A model generated the notes under the pieces. The model searched no databases and was not told where the DNA came from. It saw only the letters and a list, made by a program, of their open reading frames with translations. A program made the translations under genes and the position numbers. A stretch of 64,000 nucleotides of DNA from contig PDIP01000003.1 of the NCBI GenBank assembly GCA_002811645.1, positions 628,026 to 692,025 on the forward strand, read 5' to 3'. Each line of letters begins with the position of its first letter. Position 1 is the stretch's first letter. This DNA comes from Corallochytrium limacisporum Hawaii. Its lineage: Eukaryota; Protista; Pluriformea. Positions 30,685 through 44,569 of this stretch are shown here, piece after piece.

Positions 30685-33192
30685 ATGTTTGAAATAGCCC
30701 CGCGAGGGCCGTTCTTGCCATACAGTAACGCACTGGGACCGATATCAGTCCAGGTTGTGTCACCCTTAAGTGTCGCCAGTAGCAATCTCCGTGGGAGACT
30801 GCAACGGCCACTGAGCCTGACCTTTGGTTCCGCCAAGTACGATGAACGGACCGAAGAGAAGGATCTCTACAAAGAAACCATAGGGACACTTGAATTAACA
30901 GAGACACATCTATGTTTCTATTTGAAAGGAAAGGAGGGACCCCACGTAAAGATCCCAGTCTCAATGTTTAACAGTCTAGAGCGACACACCGTGAAGGGTC
31001 TTCACCGGGCGGTGATCTATTTTGATGACAATACGACGCGGTCCTGGGTCATGAACAGCTCGGAAGAGGTCATGACCCTGGCCACGGGCCTGTACATGGT
31101 TTCTCAAGGGGACGATCTTAAGACGTCAGCTGCCCTGAGGATTTTCTACGATCACTTGTACAAGGACGTTGCCAAACGTAGGTCGCTGAGACGGTCTGCG
31201 TGGGCACCCTTCACTTGGGAGCAGGAGTTGGCGCGGCTGGGTCTGCCAGATCGGAACTGGGTGTTAGTAGATAACTCAGAATTTCGGTACTGCGGGACCT
31301 ATCCAAAGCCGTTGGTGCAACCCGGGTCGTTGAATCCGGATCTGATCATGCAGGCAGCAGATTTTCGGCGTGGCAAACGATTCCCCACCATGGTCTACCA
31401 CCATCCAGAGAATGAAGCAGCGTTAATGGTGGCTGGTCAGCCCTTGATCGGACCTTTCGATCGCCGCAGTCCGCCCAATGAGCAGATGATGCGCGCGATT
31501 GCGGCCATGAGTCCGAGCGGGACAACTCACATCATGGATGTGCGCAAGAGTAAAGATGTTGAGACGGATCGGAAGGCTTTTGGAGGCGCGGACATGGTTG
31601 ATCATTACAACGACGGTGCCGGAAACCAGGCTTCCGTTCAGAGTCACCTGCTACACCTGGATGATCTGCAGACAATCGCCAATGCATTCTACCGTCTGAA
31701 ACAGTCATGTAAATCGCTCACGTCACTGTCAGCGGACTATTCTGCGAAGGGTGAGGGCATCGAATGGCAACGGGTAGTCCATGGTACGCTGCGAGCAGCG
31801 CAGTACGTGGCACAAGTTCTAGAGTACGAGGCGTCGAGTGTCATGCTGGTCAGTGCACAAGGCACGGACCGAAATCTACTTGTGGCCAGTTTGGCTGAGT
31901 TTCTAGTCGATCCGTTCTACCGTACGATCCGTGGATTCCAGTTCTTGATTGACAAGACCTGGATTAGCATGGGCCATCCGTTTGCTACACGGTACGCCCG
32001 CTACTCGAGCTACTACGATGACAACAGCAGCCCCAGCAGCGAAAGGGCACCCATCTTCCATCTTTTCCTAGACTGCATCTATCAGATCATCACGCAAAAA
32101 CCAAATGCCGTTGAATTCACGCCTAATTTGCTGATACTCCTGCAGGATGAGCTGTATATGGGCTGGGGAGGTAATTTTCTGGGCAATAGTGAACAGGAAA
32201 GGTCGCAGGATCTGCAAGATGAGGAGCGCACCTCCCACGGTGGAATCTGGGAGAAGGTGCATACGGACTCACGGCACCATCAGTACGTAAACCCACTCTA
32301 TGAGTATGAGCGCGGCATCTTACCAATTTCTTTATGCCACTGCCAAGTGCACCTGTGGGTAGACTACTTTGCGCGTCAGGACCTCGATTGGGATAGCAAG
32401 CGGATGCTAAGTGCTAAACTGCGCGACAATGACAGCCAACTGCGCAGCAATGAGCGCCACTTGGCCAGCGTCAAGACATGGGTTGCACAGATGCGTCGGT
32501 CTGTGCATGGGAACGCGGCTGTGGCTGAGAGCGTACAGCACCAACAGGCGAGATCTTTACACCCTTCTATATCTGCGACTGTGCAGGTCCGAAGAATTGA
32601 TATGAATGAGGATGATATCACTAGGAACATCAATTCCAGGTCTCCGGCAACTGCAGTGACTGACTCGTCACAAACTACATCGACGGTTTCGTCAACAGAA
32701 AGGAAAGTTTCCAACTCTGCACCTGCTCTTTCTCCGATTCCCCCAGTTCCAGACCCACAGCAAGAGGAACCCACACTAAAGCCGACGTCAGCGGTGGTCT
32801 CACCGCCAGGGGCTCGGACGGGTGCAACCCCTTCGCCTGCGGCTTCCGCCGTTAGTGGTGTAAAAAAATCACCTGTGCCCATGCTCACAGGCCTGCAACA
32901 GCGCCAGGCGCGCTCCGGCGGTCTTCTGGAAAACGACAGTGATTCGGATGACGACCACGACCTCTTCCGTCCGCCGCAGCAGCGCAAAGTGTCACCGGCG
33001 ATCTCAGCTGCGAAACCCCTGTCAACCTCATCGCCCACGCTCAGCTCGCCACCCGCGACAGTACCACAAAGCAACGGGACAGGGGATGACAGTGGCAACA
33101 GCGCCGCACGTGCACAGAAACCCTCGAAACCCTCGGAGACGACTTCTGCTGATTGTCCGAAGTGCCACATGCCTCTATGTGTGTGTGATTGA
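30685..33192 (+). CDS. Myotubularin-related protein, predicted pseudophosphatase
   Basis: GRAM/PH-like GTLELT..HL.F, CGTYP, FRRGKRFP, GQPLIG, DPFYRTIRGFQFLIDKTWISMGHPF, APIFHLFLDCIYQ. The catalytic loop reads LVSAQGTDRN rather than VHCSDGWDRT. Confidence 0.9.
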   Translation: MFEIAPRGPFLPYSNALGPISVQVVSPLSVASSNLRGRLQRPLSLTFGSAKYDERTEEKDLYKETIGTLELTETHLCFYLKGKEGPHVKIPVSMFNSLERHTVKGLHRAVIYFDDNTTRSWVMNSSEEVMTLATGLYMVSQGDDLKTSAALRIFYDHLYKDVAKRRSLRRSAWAPFTWEQELARLGLPDRNWVLVDNSEFRYCGTYPKPLVQPGSLNPDLIMQAADFRRGKRFPTMVYHHPENEAALMVAGQPLIGPFDRRSPPNEQMMRAIAAMSPSGTTHIMDVRKSKDVETDRKAFGGADMVDHYNDGAGNQASVQSHLLHLDDLQTIANAFYRLKQSCKSLTSLSADYSAKGEGIEWQRVVHGTLRAAQYVAQVLEYEASSVMLVSAQGTDRNLLVASLAEFLVDPFYRTIRGFQFLIDKTWISMGHPFATRYARYSSYYDDNSSPSSERAPIFHLFLDCIYQIITQKPNAVEFTPNLLILLQDELYMGWGGNFLGNSEQERSQDLQDEERTSHGGIWEKVHTDSRHHQYVNPLYEYERGILPISLCHCQVHLWVDYFARQDLDWDSKRMLSAKLRDNDSQLRSNERHLASVKTWVAQMRRSVHGNAAVAESVQHQQARSLHPSISATVQVRRIDMNEDDITRNINSRSPATAVTDSSQTTSTVSSTERKVSNSAPALSPIPPVPDPQQEEPTLKPTSAVVSPPGARTGATPSPAASAVSGVKKSPVPMLTGLQQRQARSGGLLENDSDSDDDHDLFRPPQQRKVSPAISAAKPLSTSSPTLSSPPATVPQSNGTGDDSGNSAARAQKPSKPSETTSADCPKCHMPLCVCD

Positions 33193-33287
33193 AAACGAAT
33201 TGGGGGCAAACGAAAGCAGTATATTGATAGCAAGTAAACTATACGAAGTTTTTTCTTTGGTACAACTGGGTGTAGATGTTTGATTGT

Positions 33288-35552
33288 CTAGCATCGCTCA
33301 AAAACCCTGTAGAGATCCGGCAGCGATGCAATGGTAACGATGGTACCGTCCTGCAGATGGCTGGCGGGCGGAAGGTAGTGCTTGGCCCGCAATGCCGGCA
33401 ACATAATGTGCTGCACGAACTTTGTAAACCGGGGTGCAACAGTGTGAAAATCGGTACCTTCCTCCGTGACTTGGTCGAGTCGCGGAATTTGCTGGGAGGG
33501 CTCGGGGCGAAGGGCATAGAGCTGTGCCACCTCCCTGCTAAGGGTGTCCACAAGGAGCGTGTCGTTGTCCCACTCCACTTCCGTGGCCAAGCGCAGCAAG
33601 GTCATTGGAAGACGGTCCTGGCTCGGAAGGTAATCATCAATAAGTCTTGGCAGGCTCCGCAGAGTCTGAGTGTGTGTGTCAAGGTCGAGGCTGATCATTT
33701 CTCTGAGCATTTCAGCTTGGACCATGAGCTGCGCGACGGCGGCCTGAGCTAGTTCCTCACGGCTGCCGTCCTCCTCCTGCCACCCCGCCGCTGGATCGTG
33801 CAGCGCGGCGAGTACGAGCGGTTCGAGTGGCAGCGGTTCGCGAAAATTGATCCGTGGCAAGGCGCCCAGATGGCCAACCACAGCCTGCCGGAACCATTCG
33901 TAGGATATTTTGAAGAGATTGAGGAGCAGCAGCGACGTCTCAAACTGTGCGAGAGCGTAGTAATGGTCGACGCAGCCGACAAATGTCAGACGCTCAAAGA
34001 CGGCCTTGAGTTTAGCAGAGTGTTGGGTTCGGCACTGGCGTTTTAACCCTCGGATCGTCTGCAGCTCGTGTGCCACGGCATCCTGTTCGATGTCAAGCAG
34101 CGACGCTTTACGTTTCCGCGGCTCTGTGTCAACCCGAGCGACATCTGCAGGGCCTTGTTGCTGCAGGTGGTGATGGTCGTGGTCATGGTCATCGTGGCAA
34201 TGGTGCTGATGGATTGGCTGACCATCTTTTTCCTGCTGCTCTTGCCGCTGCTCTGGCGCAGTTTTCTTCGTAGTGGTGACATTGAAGGCGTCTAATTTGA
34301 GCTCTTTGGCATCCGTACGGACCATATTCCGGGGGTCGTACTTTGGCTTTAGAGGGACCCGAGTGCTCGTGCTCGAACGTTCTGCGGATTCGACGCCATC
34401 AGTCTCGTCTCCGTCGCCTCCAGTTCCGACCAATGGATCTTCTATGACCTGCCGAATCCCTTCGACAGTGGCTGCGCTTGACCGTGAGACGCCCTCAAGG
34501 ATCGATTGCTTCAACCCACGAATTCCCGCCTGGGCTGTGAAAGTGCGTGACTTGTTCGCACCTTGCAACGTCTCGTCAATTGCAGTGCAGATGCATTCTA
34601 TAATGTCGTCCTCCCGTAGGAAGTGGACCTCCTTTTTCGACGGGTGGACATTCACATCCACGTTTTCGGGTGGCAGGATCAGACTGATGTAGGTCCAAGG
34701 TCTGCCGTGGCGAGGTAGATACTGCTGATACACCTGCAAAATGGCCCGCTGCAGGGCAGGGTTCTCTACCAGACGATTATTGATGAAGAGGATGTGGGTG
34801 GACTTCGTACTGCTAAAATTGGCATTAGAGATTAGGCCTCGACATTTTACCCCGAGTAGGCTGTCCTCCATTTCGACTTCCTGCAGTTCTCGGCTAGTCT
34901 TGGATCCGAACAAAGTACGTACTGTGTCCAATTGTTTCTCAGACTTCGTCGTCCGCAAATCCGCCGATGTCTGTCCCTGCTTCTTAAGGCTGACAGCGAC
35001 ACCGTGATTGTGCAGTGCGTATCGTTGGACCATGTCAAATATTCGTGCATACTCGTCCGTCTTGGAGAAGGCCCGCCGTCGCGTGGCCATGTTGTAGAAG
35101 AGATCTTCGACTGTGATCTGTGTACCCTGAGTGCCTGCACACGGGGCCGGTTTCTGGAGCGGTTTGCCGTCCTGGTACTTCAGTTTCCATGCACATTCTG
35201 CATCCTCCGTTTTAGTCACTACTGTGACATGACCAACCATCGAAATTGAGGCCAATGCCTCGCCACGAAACCCGTAGGTTTGAACTGTACTCAGATCTTC
35301 GAATTTTTTGAGCTTGCTGGTAGCGAATCGCTCGCAGAGCAGTTTAAGATCGTCTTTGTGGATGCCCGTACCATTGTCGGAGATCTGAATCTGTTTGACG
35401 CCCGCGTCCTTAACTACAATACTAATGCTAGTCGATTGCGCATCTAGCGAATTCTCAAGCATTTCTTTGATAACATTTACTGGCCTTGCAACCACTTCAC
35501 CTGCAGCAATGCGGTTGACGGTGGCCTTGTCTAACTGCTTGATCACTCCCAT
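33288..35552 (-). CDS. MLH1: DNA mismatch repair protein MLH1
   Basis: VNRIAAGEVV, KEMLENSLDA, ERFATSK, GFRGEALAS, DVNVHPSKKEV and C-terminal LYRVFERC. Confidence 0.97.
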   Translation of the reverse strand: MGVIKQLDKATVNRIAAGEVVARPVNVIKEMLENSLDAQSTSISIVVKDAGVKQIQISDNGTGIHKDDLKLLCERFATSKLKKFEDLSTVQTYGFRGEALASISMVGHVTVVTKTEDAECAWKLKYQDGKPLQKPAPCAGTQGTQITVEDLFYNMATRRRAFSKTDEYARIFDMVQRYALHNHGVAVSLKKQGQTSADLRTTKSEKQLDTVRTLFGSKTSRELQEVEMEDSLLGVKCRGLISNANFSSTKSTHILFINNRLVENPALQRAILQVYQQYLPRHGRPWTYISLILPPENVDVNVHPSKKEVHFLREDDIIECICTAIDETLQGANKSRTFTAQAGIRGLKQSILEGVSRSSAATVEGIRQVIEDPLVGTGGDGDETDGVESAERSSTSTRVPLKPKYDPRNMVRTDAKELKLDAFNVTTTKKTAPEQRQEQQEKDGQPIHQHHCHDDHDHDHHHLQQQGPADVARVDTEPRKRKASLLDIEQDAVAHELQTIRGLKRQCRTQHSAKLKAVFERLTFVGCVDHYYALAQFETSLLLLNLFKISYEWFRQAVVGHLGALPRINFREPLPLEPLVLAALHDPAAGWQEEDGSREELAQAAVAQLMVQAEMLREMISLDLDTHTQTLRSLPRLIDDYLPSQDRLPMTLLRLATEVEWDNDTLLVDTLSREVAQLYALRPEPSQQIPRLDQVTEEGTDFHTVAPRFTKFVQHIMLPALRAKHYLPPASHLQDGTIVTIASLPDLYRVFERC

Positions 35553-35725
35553 GTCTATGGACAAGCAGGCCTGCAATGAATTGTTGCCATTTTATTCTTT
35601 CCTCCTTCTTTGCTATATATGTCTTCTATACTTTTGATAGCCATTCAGTTCATGGTGATTCGCTGCGCAGCTCCAAATACCATCAGCACACTCCCAACCC
35701 TTGTGAAGACTAGGGCTCTCCAACT

Positions 35726-35737
35726 CTTCGCGCCAAA
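35726..35737. promoter_or_regulatory. Candidate overlapping E2F site upstream of MLH1
   Basis: CTTCGCGCCAAA is an 11/12 match to the classic TTTCGCGCCAAA double E2F site, ~175 bp upstream of the MLH1 ATG. Confidence 0.4.
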
Positions 35738-36737
35738 CTCACCGGCAAGAAAGAAAGTGAGTCCCCTGAAGATGAGGTAATAGAATATACGGAAATTTCA
35801 TTTAAGAGGAAGCTCTGTTCTCAGGCGCGCTGCTGCCAGAACCACCAACATGGAGTCTTCCAGTATTATGTATGGATAATTCCACAGCGTTTACCTAGCG
35901 CCTGTCTTAATGGCTCGGGCATCGATCCCTCTCACCCAAGGCACTCGTTCCAGTATAAAATACACTAGTAAATTTAGAAGTATAAGTATATATAATTCCG
36001 GCCGCCGCCGCCATTGCATTGTTTGTCGTTGATGGGCGCATCCCTCCACACCCCCCTTCCCCGCGGGCCCGATCCTTCCCGAACGCCCCGCCCCGATACC
36101 ACCCCCTCACGGCCATTCACCGACCCTGCGCACTGCGCCCCAAAAACCAAGGCCCAGGTTTGCGATAGCCAAAGAACCTTGCGTAAATTGCAGAGTCACT
36201 TTAAAAATGTTCCTTCTGGCAGCTGCGCTCTTCGGTTAGGGGGGGGGGTTGGGCCTTCCGCTCTGTCCACGGAAGCGCTCAGAAAAAGCCGCCAACGCCC
36301 AACGGAGCGTGTGCGTGTGTGTGTTCGCTCTCCCTTTTTTGTCCCCTTGTCGATTTGGTGCGCGCAGTGCCGTACAGAACATACGGCGGTGGGTGACCGA
36401 TTATTGGGTCGGGGTGGGCGCGGATCCGAGTTCGTTTTGGGTGCCACCGCCGTCTCGTCCGGACGCACTGCGGTTCCAAGGAGGTACCGTTTTTGGGAGC
36501 CCTCCGATCAGGCCATGGCCATGTTTCAGTATTAAATGTATTGACTATTCCGTCACCTATCCCCTGCCAGAACAAACGAGGCCAATCGAAAAGATTCGTG
36601 ACCGAGACAGACTTGCACGAACCGGGGCAGACAGAAGGGGAAAACGGCCGCCCAGTACCAGTGACGGTGGTATGTTGGGTATAACGTCGCCGTTCTTGGC
36701 ATTCTTTCGGCACAACAAGCAGCGGAGACAGAGGCGG

Positions 36738-36753
36738 CCCCCCGGGGGGGGGG
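36738..36753. repeat. C6G10 homopolymer palindrome
   Basis: Read directly; near the middle of the divergent MLH1/CDC48 intergenic region. Confidence 0.9.
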
Positions 36754-37901
36754 AGGGCACCGTACCTGTTCGTGTGCGGGAAGAAAGTGGAAAGGGTGAA
36801 AAGAGGGGCGTTGGGGGCGCCGGAACGGAGCGAACGACATTTGGGCCCTGCCAATGCATCAGCAGAGGGATTATCTAAACTAATAAGTATATAGTATATA
36901 ATGTAAATGTATGTAAAAGTAGTTTATTTATAAGAATGTCAGTATATAAATACCGATGCGCACAGTGGCGATAAAAGAAAATGAGCTGGCAGCAAAAAAT
37001 GCAGACAAGGAAGCCAGGAAAAAGGTTGGGGGGAAGGGGGGGGGCCTCTGTGAGGAGCGCGCAGCAGAGCAAAAACTCTAAATAAAAAGAAAAAGGGACA
37101 ACACCACCCACCGCAGCCAATGAGAAAACACCACAGCACAGCGGCAAAAACTTTACCCTCGAAGGAAAGTGAAGAGAGGGAAGGGTGTGGAGGCAATGAA
37201 TGACACAGGGAAAAAGGGAGGGGGCCAAGGGAAAGAAAAAAAGAGAGAACCTGCGCTTCGAAGAGGGAGAGCGGGGGAGACCGCGGACCACGGGGCGAGC
37301 AGGAGGCGAACACAGGCACCGGTCGTTTGACAGTACCGCCACTACCGGCACGAATGGAAAATCCAAGCAAAACACAATAGGGACACCACTCCGTTTGCCT
37401 TGAATAGGCGAGTGGCTGTTGTGATTCCTTTCTCTTCTCGTTTGAGGTTGCGTGTTCCCCCCTGTTTGCCTTTCCAGGTGGCGCCTCTGTGATTGTTCTT
37501 GAAGGTGACGGTCAGGGTTCCGAATGACCGAAAAGAGAACAATTTCTGGGCATCGATGGAGAGACAGCCGGAAACGCAGACTGTTTTGGGCCCCTGTTTG
37601 TGTGCTGTCATAGTTTTATCCGGGACCGACTTTTGTTCGCCGACACTGTGTCTCTGTGTTTGTTCGCGATAGAATAACAACGTACGTCAGTGGCAGTGGC
37701 CTGAGCTGGTGACTGTCACGACGACAGCGACTAGGAATGGTTTGTTGGCCACAGTTTTGGTATTTGAGATCCGGCGTTCAATCACTGGATAGCTTCGGGT
37801 GCGGTAAGGTTATCTACCTTTCGGGATCACCAAAAGAATTTTTGTTTCTAAGGGATAAAGAATTTGGGTGATTTGTAGAAAAGAGTATCGACAACAAATA
37901 G

Positions 37902-40334
<2,433 letters not shown>

Positions 40335-40909
40335 ATACCGACACCGCCAGACTGACGCTAGAACTTCATCCACCAACACTGTGCACTTTTCACAGGACGA
40401 CAAATTAAAAAAAAACTATGAAAGCGTTTAATCTAACCTTTTCGATAAATGGGACGCAAACTGCGACTGTTTTTGGCCGATCCGCTAGCTCAACACCTTA
40501 TTGGATTTCCAATCGCCGTTCTTGCAATTGACCATGACTGTCTTCTGTCACCCGCCCCGGCCGCTCTTTAGGAGAGAGTCTCTGGCCTCACCACCCCCCC
40601 CGGCCCCTTTTCATTCTTTTCGGCAGGCAAACCCTCCTCCGGTTGGGGTTGAGAGATCGAGGACCGTCACCCGTTGGATACTGTTGTGGAAAGCTACTAA
40701 GGCAAAAGAAATAGAAAATTGTTTGGCGGCAACTAATTTACGGTGGTATGTGTAAATGTCAAGACCTATAGAATAATCACCGACGGACAGTACCAGACCT
40801 TTTTACAATTTTTGAGGAAAACATGTAGGAATAAGTGACTCGGGATCTGTAATCGAAAATAAGAGGATCGGGATTTGTTTGCTTTATTAGGAACAAACGG
40901 AACACAGCC

Positions 40910-41680
40910 ATGAATACCACAGACACAGACACAATCCTCGGTACGGACAGTATTGCACTGAAACATGAATTCCTACATGAGTTCTCTGCGCGGTTAAAGC
41001 AGTCCGACAAGCTTCAGTTTGACGGTGCTTCCCACAAAGACACGACAGTGGAAAAGGAATCGAATAGCATCAGTCCATCAAAGCAAGGTGGAGCAAAGTC
41101 AGGCACGGCAGGCAGTGAGACGAAGCCAGGGTTTCACTACGGTAAATTGCTGTTGGTCAAACCAGAGCACTCACTGTCCTACAACGGCGCCTTCGTTGAT
41201 GGGCTGGCTTTTAGCGCCGAGTCTGATCTCACTGTGTATCAGCTTTCCCGAGCGCTCATGACAGGCCGACCGGAGCAGGAGGTCGAGGTGTTGAGGAAGC
41301 GGAAGTTGAGTGAAGACCGTGCACAGAATCTCAGCTACGCCCCACCAACAGCATGGAGCGAGGCGGACTGGGCAGAGTACTGCAGTCTCCGAGGACCCAA
41401 GGCAGGGACTGCGCGGACGGAAGGAACGGTGGACGATCTGCTCACCAAGGCTACATTGCCGGATTCCGAGAAGCCGGACTTTGAGAAGACGATCAAAAAA
41501 GAAGCACTCGCCTTGTTTAAGAGCCTTGGGCAAGACGCCAGGGCGCGAGAACGAAAGCGACGGGAGCTTCGAAACGCTCGATACACAGAATCGTTCCGGG
41601 AGCTCGACCGATTAAAGAAGCGCAAGCTCGGTGAAGCAGATCAGTATGACCCCAGGGAGCCACAACAGTCAAGGGATTAA
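40910..41680 (+). CDS. Hypothetical protein, basic NLS-like motifs
   Basis: 256-aa ORF with good start context (gccATG) and RKRK/KKRK motifs; converges on MPP10. No family recognised. Confidence 0.65.
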   Translation: MNTTDTDTILGTDSIALKHEFLHEFSARLKQSDKLQFDGASHKDTTVEKESNSISPSKQGGAKSGTAGSETKPGFHYGKLLLVKPEHSLSYNGAFVDGLAFSAESDLTVYQLSRALMTGRPEQEVEVLRKRKLSEDRAQNLSYAPPTAWSEADWAEYCSLRGPKAGTARTEGTVDDLLTKATLPDSEKPDFEKTIKKEALALFKSLGQDARARERKRRELRNARYTESFRELDRLKKRKLGEADQYDPREPQQSRD

Positions 41681-41792
41681 ACACAGTGTTTTCATAATGA
41701 GTGATATGACATGAAGTATATTTTCTTTAATATCAAGCATGGCTGTCTGCATGATGTTTGGTACACGAATCGCATCTACCATTAGGGTTCTC

Positions 41793-43919
41793 TCAAAGCT
41801 TGACTGCCGCTCCAGCACGGTTGGACGCTTTCTTGCGGCTGCCGCCAGGCTGGTCCCTCGCATTTCGCTTTGCCTTCTTGCCGGCCATGTCTTCCTGCAC
41901 CTGGTTCTGCAGGGCCTTGAAGAAGGCCGTTGACGAACTGTAATTGTTAACACCCGTGCCGGCCCGATCCCCACCTTTGTCGCGACTGTTGATGCCCTTG
42001 AATACATTGCGATTATTGCGCAGCAGGCGCTTCTCTGCGTCGGCCTTCGAAAGCTCACCACCAGCCCGGACGTGAGCCTCCTGGGCGACAGCCTTGGCCT
42101 TCTGAGCGGCCTTCTTCTTGCGACGGGCGCGCAGACGGTCAGTCTTGGATCGCTCTTCTGCAGCCTTGGGCTCATCCCGGCCAGTCTTAGCAGTAGATTT
42201 GTAAACTTCCTCTGGTGCAAGACGGTCAGCAGTGGACATTGCCGTGGGTTGGACCTCCTCCATGGCCAGGGCAGGTGCTTGCGTTATCACCTCGACGCTA
42301 TCCTTAGCAGCCTTGGGTGTGTAGTGCATGTTAGACAATGCGTCCAGCTTGCGGGCCAGTTCGGTCCAGACCTCAGTGATGGCGTCGTGCTTTTCCTGGA
42401 GTTCTTTGGACACCTGCTTTTGGGCCACAGTGGTGCCTTCCAAGCGGGCCTGGTAGTCTTCCTCGTAGACTTGCGCCAAACTCTGCTTCGACTTTTCTGC
42501 ACTGACGTCATACTGGGGCTTAAACTTACCGTCTCCGTCTTCTGCCAGCAGGTTCTGGCGCACTGGGTCGTCAAAGACTTGATCACGAATGCGTCGATTG
42601 ATTATCTCTTCGATCTCTTCGGTATGCTCCTCGGTCGGTTCCGGGGCGGGCTTAGAGGCGTAATCGATTTCCATGAACTCTTCAAGCAGAGCATTCTCAG
42701 GCCGGGCCTTTGCAATGGTTTCACCGCTCATCTGCCAGCTCTTGGGCTCAGCGTTGCGCCGCTCAAGCTCTTCAATCTGTTTGCCGACCTTGAGCTGTTC
42801 CTTTTCGTGCCTGGACAGACCGGTCGCGGCCTGAGCTGCTTGCTCCGGTACTACACTGAGGTCATTGCCGTCAGAGTCGAAGAGGAGGGCTCTTCGCTCG
42901 GCATTGACACCATCCACTGTTGCTGTGTTCAACATAGCGGCGTCTTCATCGTCGTAAAGGTCCCCTTCATCCTCGTCGTCATCAAGGAGCTGTTGCTTCG
43001 TATCCTGTACTTCGTTCTGGCCTAAACGGAAGAACTGCTCAGCCCTGAGGTTGTTAATGTCCTCATCGTCATCATCCATGTTAACGTTGTAATCGATGCT
43101 GTCATCATCATCATCCTCATTGTTGTCCATGTCGTCGTCGTCTGCCTCTTCTTCTGCCTCCCGCACAAAGTTTTCCATCTCTGCCAGACTGAAGTACTTG
43201 TCGTCTACTTCGGTAGTACCGTACTTGACCTTTCTATTCTTTGGGTCGATGTCGCGGTCATCGTCATCGTCGTCGTCTTCCTCCCCGGCGTCAAATTCTT
43301 TCGTTCCCTTCGCAAACGTTACTTGGCGGCGGATCATTTCTTCTCCAAAGTCTGTGGCATCCACCTCTGAATCTTCTTCATCCTCTTCTTCGTTCTGAAC
43401 GTCTCGCTCGTCGTATTCACTATCATCGTCGCCCTGCAGTGCCCTGCCATTCACCATGTCGTTGACTTCTTCGTCGCTATCATACTCAGCAAGGTGATCT
43501 TTCGCTTCCACTTCAACCTGCTGACGACGCGTCCGTTCTGCAACCTTGTTCGCCTCGATATCTTTCTGGACATTGCTCATGTCCTTGCGCAGTTGACTCA
43601 GGGCAGGTTTGTTACGCATCAGCAGCTCTTCCCACAGCTGTTCGGCGTCGAGCCCATCAATGATAAACTCTGACAACGCCGTGTACTTCCGCCGATCATG
43701 ACTAAGGGCCAGGTCAAACAGTTCTTTCAGGGCTTCTTTGCCATGCTGTGCGACTTCCTGATCAGCCCGTAGGAACTTCGCCGGCTGTGTGAGGGGACCC
43801 TGGATAAATCCGAGCGTGCGCGGAAAGATAGGATCAGTAACCTTCGCGGTGCCAATTTTGCGGGCTTTCCGCTTCGATGCCGTTTTAGCGGGCGAATTTG
43901 TACTCGTCCGTTTAACCAT
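41793..43919 (-). CDS. MPP10: U3 snoRNP protein MPP10
   Basis: DAEQLWEEL, DDKYFSLAEMENF, KSWQMSGE..A..RPENALLE, FDDPVR, SKQSLAQVYE, LDALSNMHYTPK, LAPEEV, SSTAFFKALQ. Confidence 0.95.
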   Translation of the reverse strand: MVKRTSTNSPAKTASKRKARKIGTAKVTDPIFPRTLGFIQGPLTQPAKFLRADQEVAQHGKEALKELFDLALSHDRRKYTALSEFIIDGLDAEQLWEELLMRNKPALSQLRKDMSNVQKDIEANKVAERTRRQQVEVEAKDHLAEYDSDEEVNDMVNGRALQGDDDSEYDERDVQNEEEDEEDSEVDATDFGEEMIRRQVTFAKGTKEFDAGEEDDDDDDDRDIDPKNRKVKYGTTEVDDKYFSLAEMENFVREAEEEADDDDMDNNEDDDDDSIDYNVNMDDDDEDINNLRAEQFFRLGQNEVQDTKQQLLDDDEDEGDLYDDEDAAMLNTATVDGVNAERRALLFDSDGNDLSVVPEQAAQAATGLSRHEKEQLKVGKQIEELERRNAEPKSWQMSGETIAKARPENALLEEFMEIDYASKPAPEPTEEHTEEIEEIINRRIRDQVFDDPVRQNLLAEDGDGKFKPQYDVSAEKSKQSLAQVYEEDYQARLEGTTVAQKQVSKELQEKHDAITEVWTELARKLDALSNMHYTPKAAKDSVEVITQAPALAMEEVQPTAMSTADRLAPEEVYKSTAKTGRDEPKAAEERSKTDRLRARRKKKAAQKAKAVAQEAHVRAGGELSKADAEKRLLRNNRNVFKGINSRDKGGDRAGTGVNNYSSSTAFFKALQNQVQEDMAGKKAKRNARDQPGGSRKKASNRAGAAVKL

Positions 43920-44214
43920 ATTGAACGTGTATGATTCGTGGCCTACTGCAAAGTCTGTCTATATCTAATTATGCTTCTTTTAGGATTCTCTTGGTCCTTT
44001 TACATTGTGCAGGGGGCATGCAGGTTTGTCATGTCCGTTCGTAGCACTTACGCCTCCTTATCACAAAGTAAATCACACTATATTCATTGTACGTCAATCT
44101 CTGATCGAATGTATTCAGTTACAGTAGTCTAAATTGCTGTGAAATACCTATTTCGTATGGTCTCAGCTCCTAAACACTGCACTCTTTAGCCAGCCCCGCC
44201 ACTACGCACGGGGT

Positions 44215-44231
44215 GGGGGGGGGGGGGGGGG
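44215..44231. repeat. G17 homopolymer
   Basis: Read directly; MPP10/HIS4 divergent intergenic region. Confidence 0.9.
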
Positions 44232-44301
44232 CGTGAAGGAAAACACAAAAGAAAAAGATAAAGTCCAAAGTACCCTTAGTCGGGTTCATAGACGGATCGA
44301 T

Positions 44302-44335
44302 ACACACACACACACACTCTCTCTCTCTCTCTCTC
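44302..44335. repeat. (CA)n(CT)n compound microsatellite
   Basis: Read directly. Confidence 0.9.
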
Positions 44336-44569
44336 ACTGTCTTCTCTCGCTCTCTTCAGGGGCCCCTCGGGTCTTTTCGGTACACCACAGGGGGCAGAGT
44401 AAGGGCCCCTCCCCCCTTGTTAATTTTTTTTGTCTTCTTCGTGTGTCTTGGCCCACTCAAAGTGGGGACGACGTGACCCGACAGGGAGGAACCACGGTCC
44501 CGCAGGTGTAATGGCCGTTAATTGTTTCGGTGGCTTTCCCCGGTGGCCTGCAAAAAGCCGTTCTTCGTC

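Noticed and set aside
35907-37680. Many 60-200 aa ORFs in the MLH1-CDC48 spacer
   Set aside because: Low-complexity GC- or purine-rich sequence with non-protein-like translations; treated as non-coding regulatory DNA.
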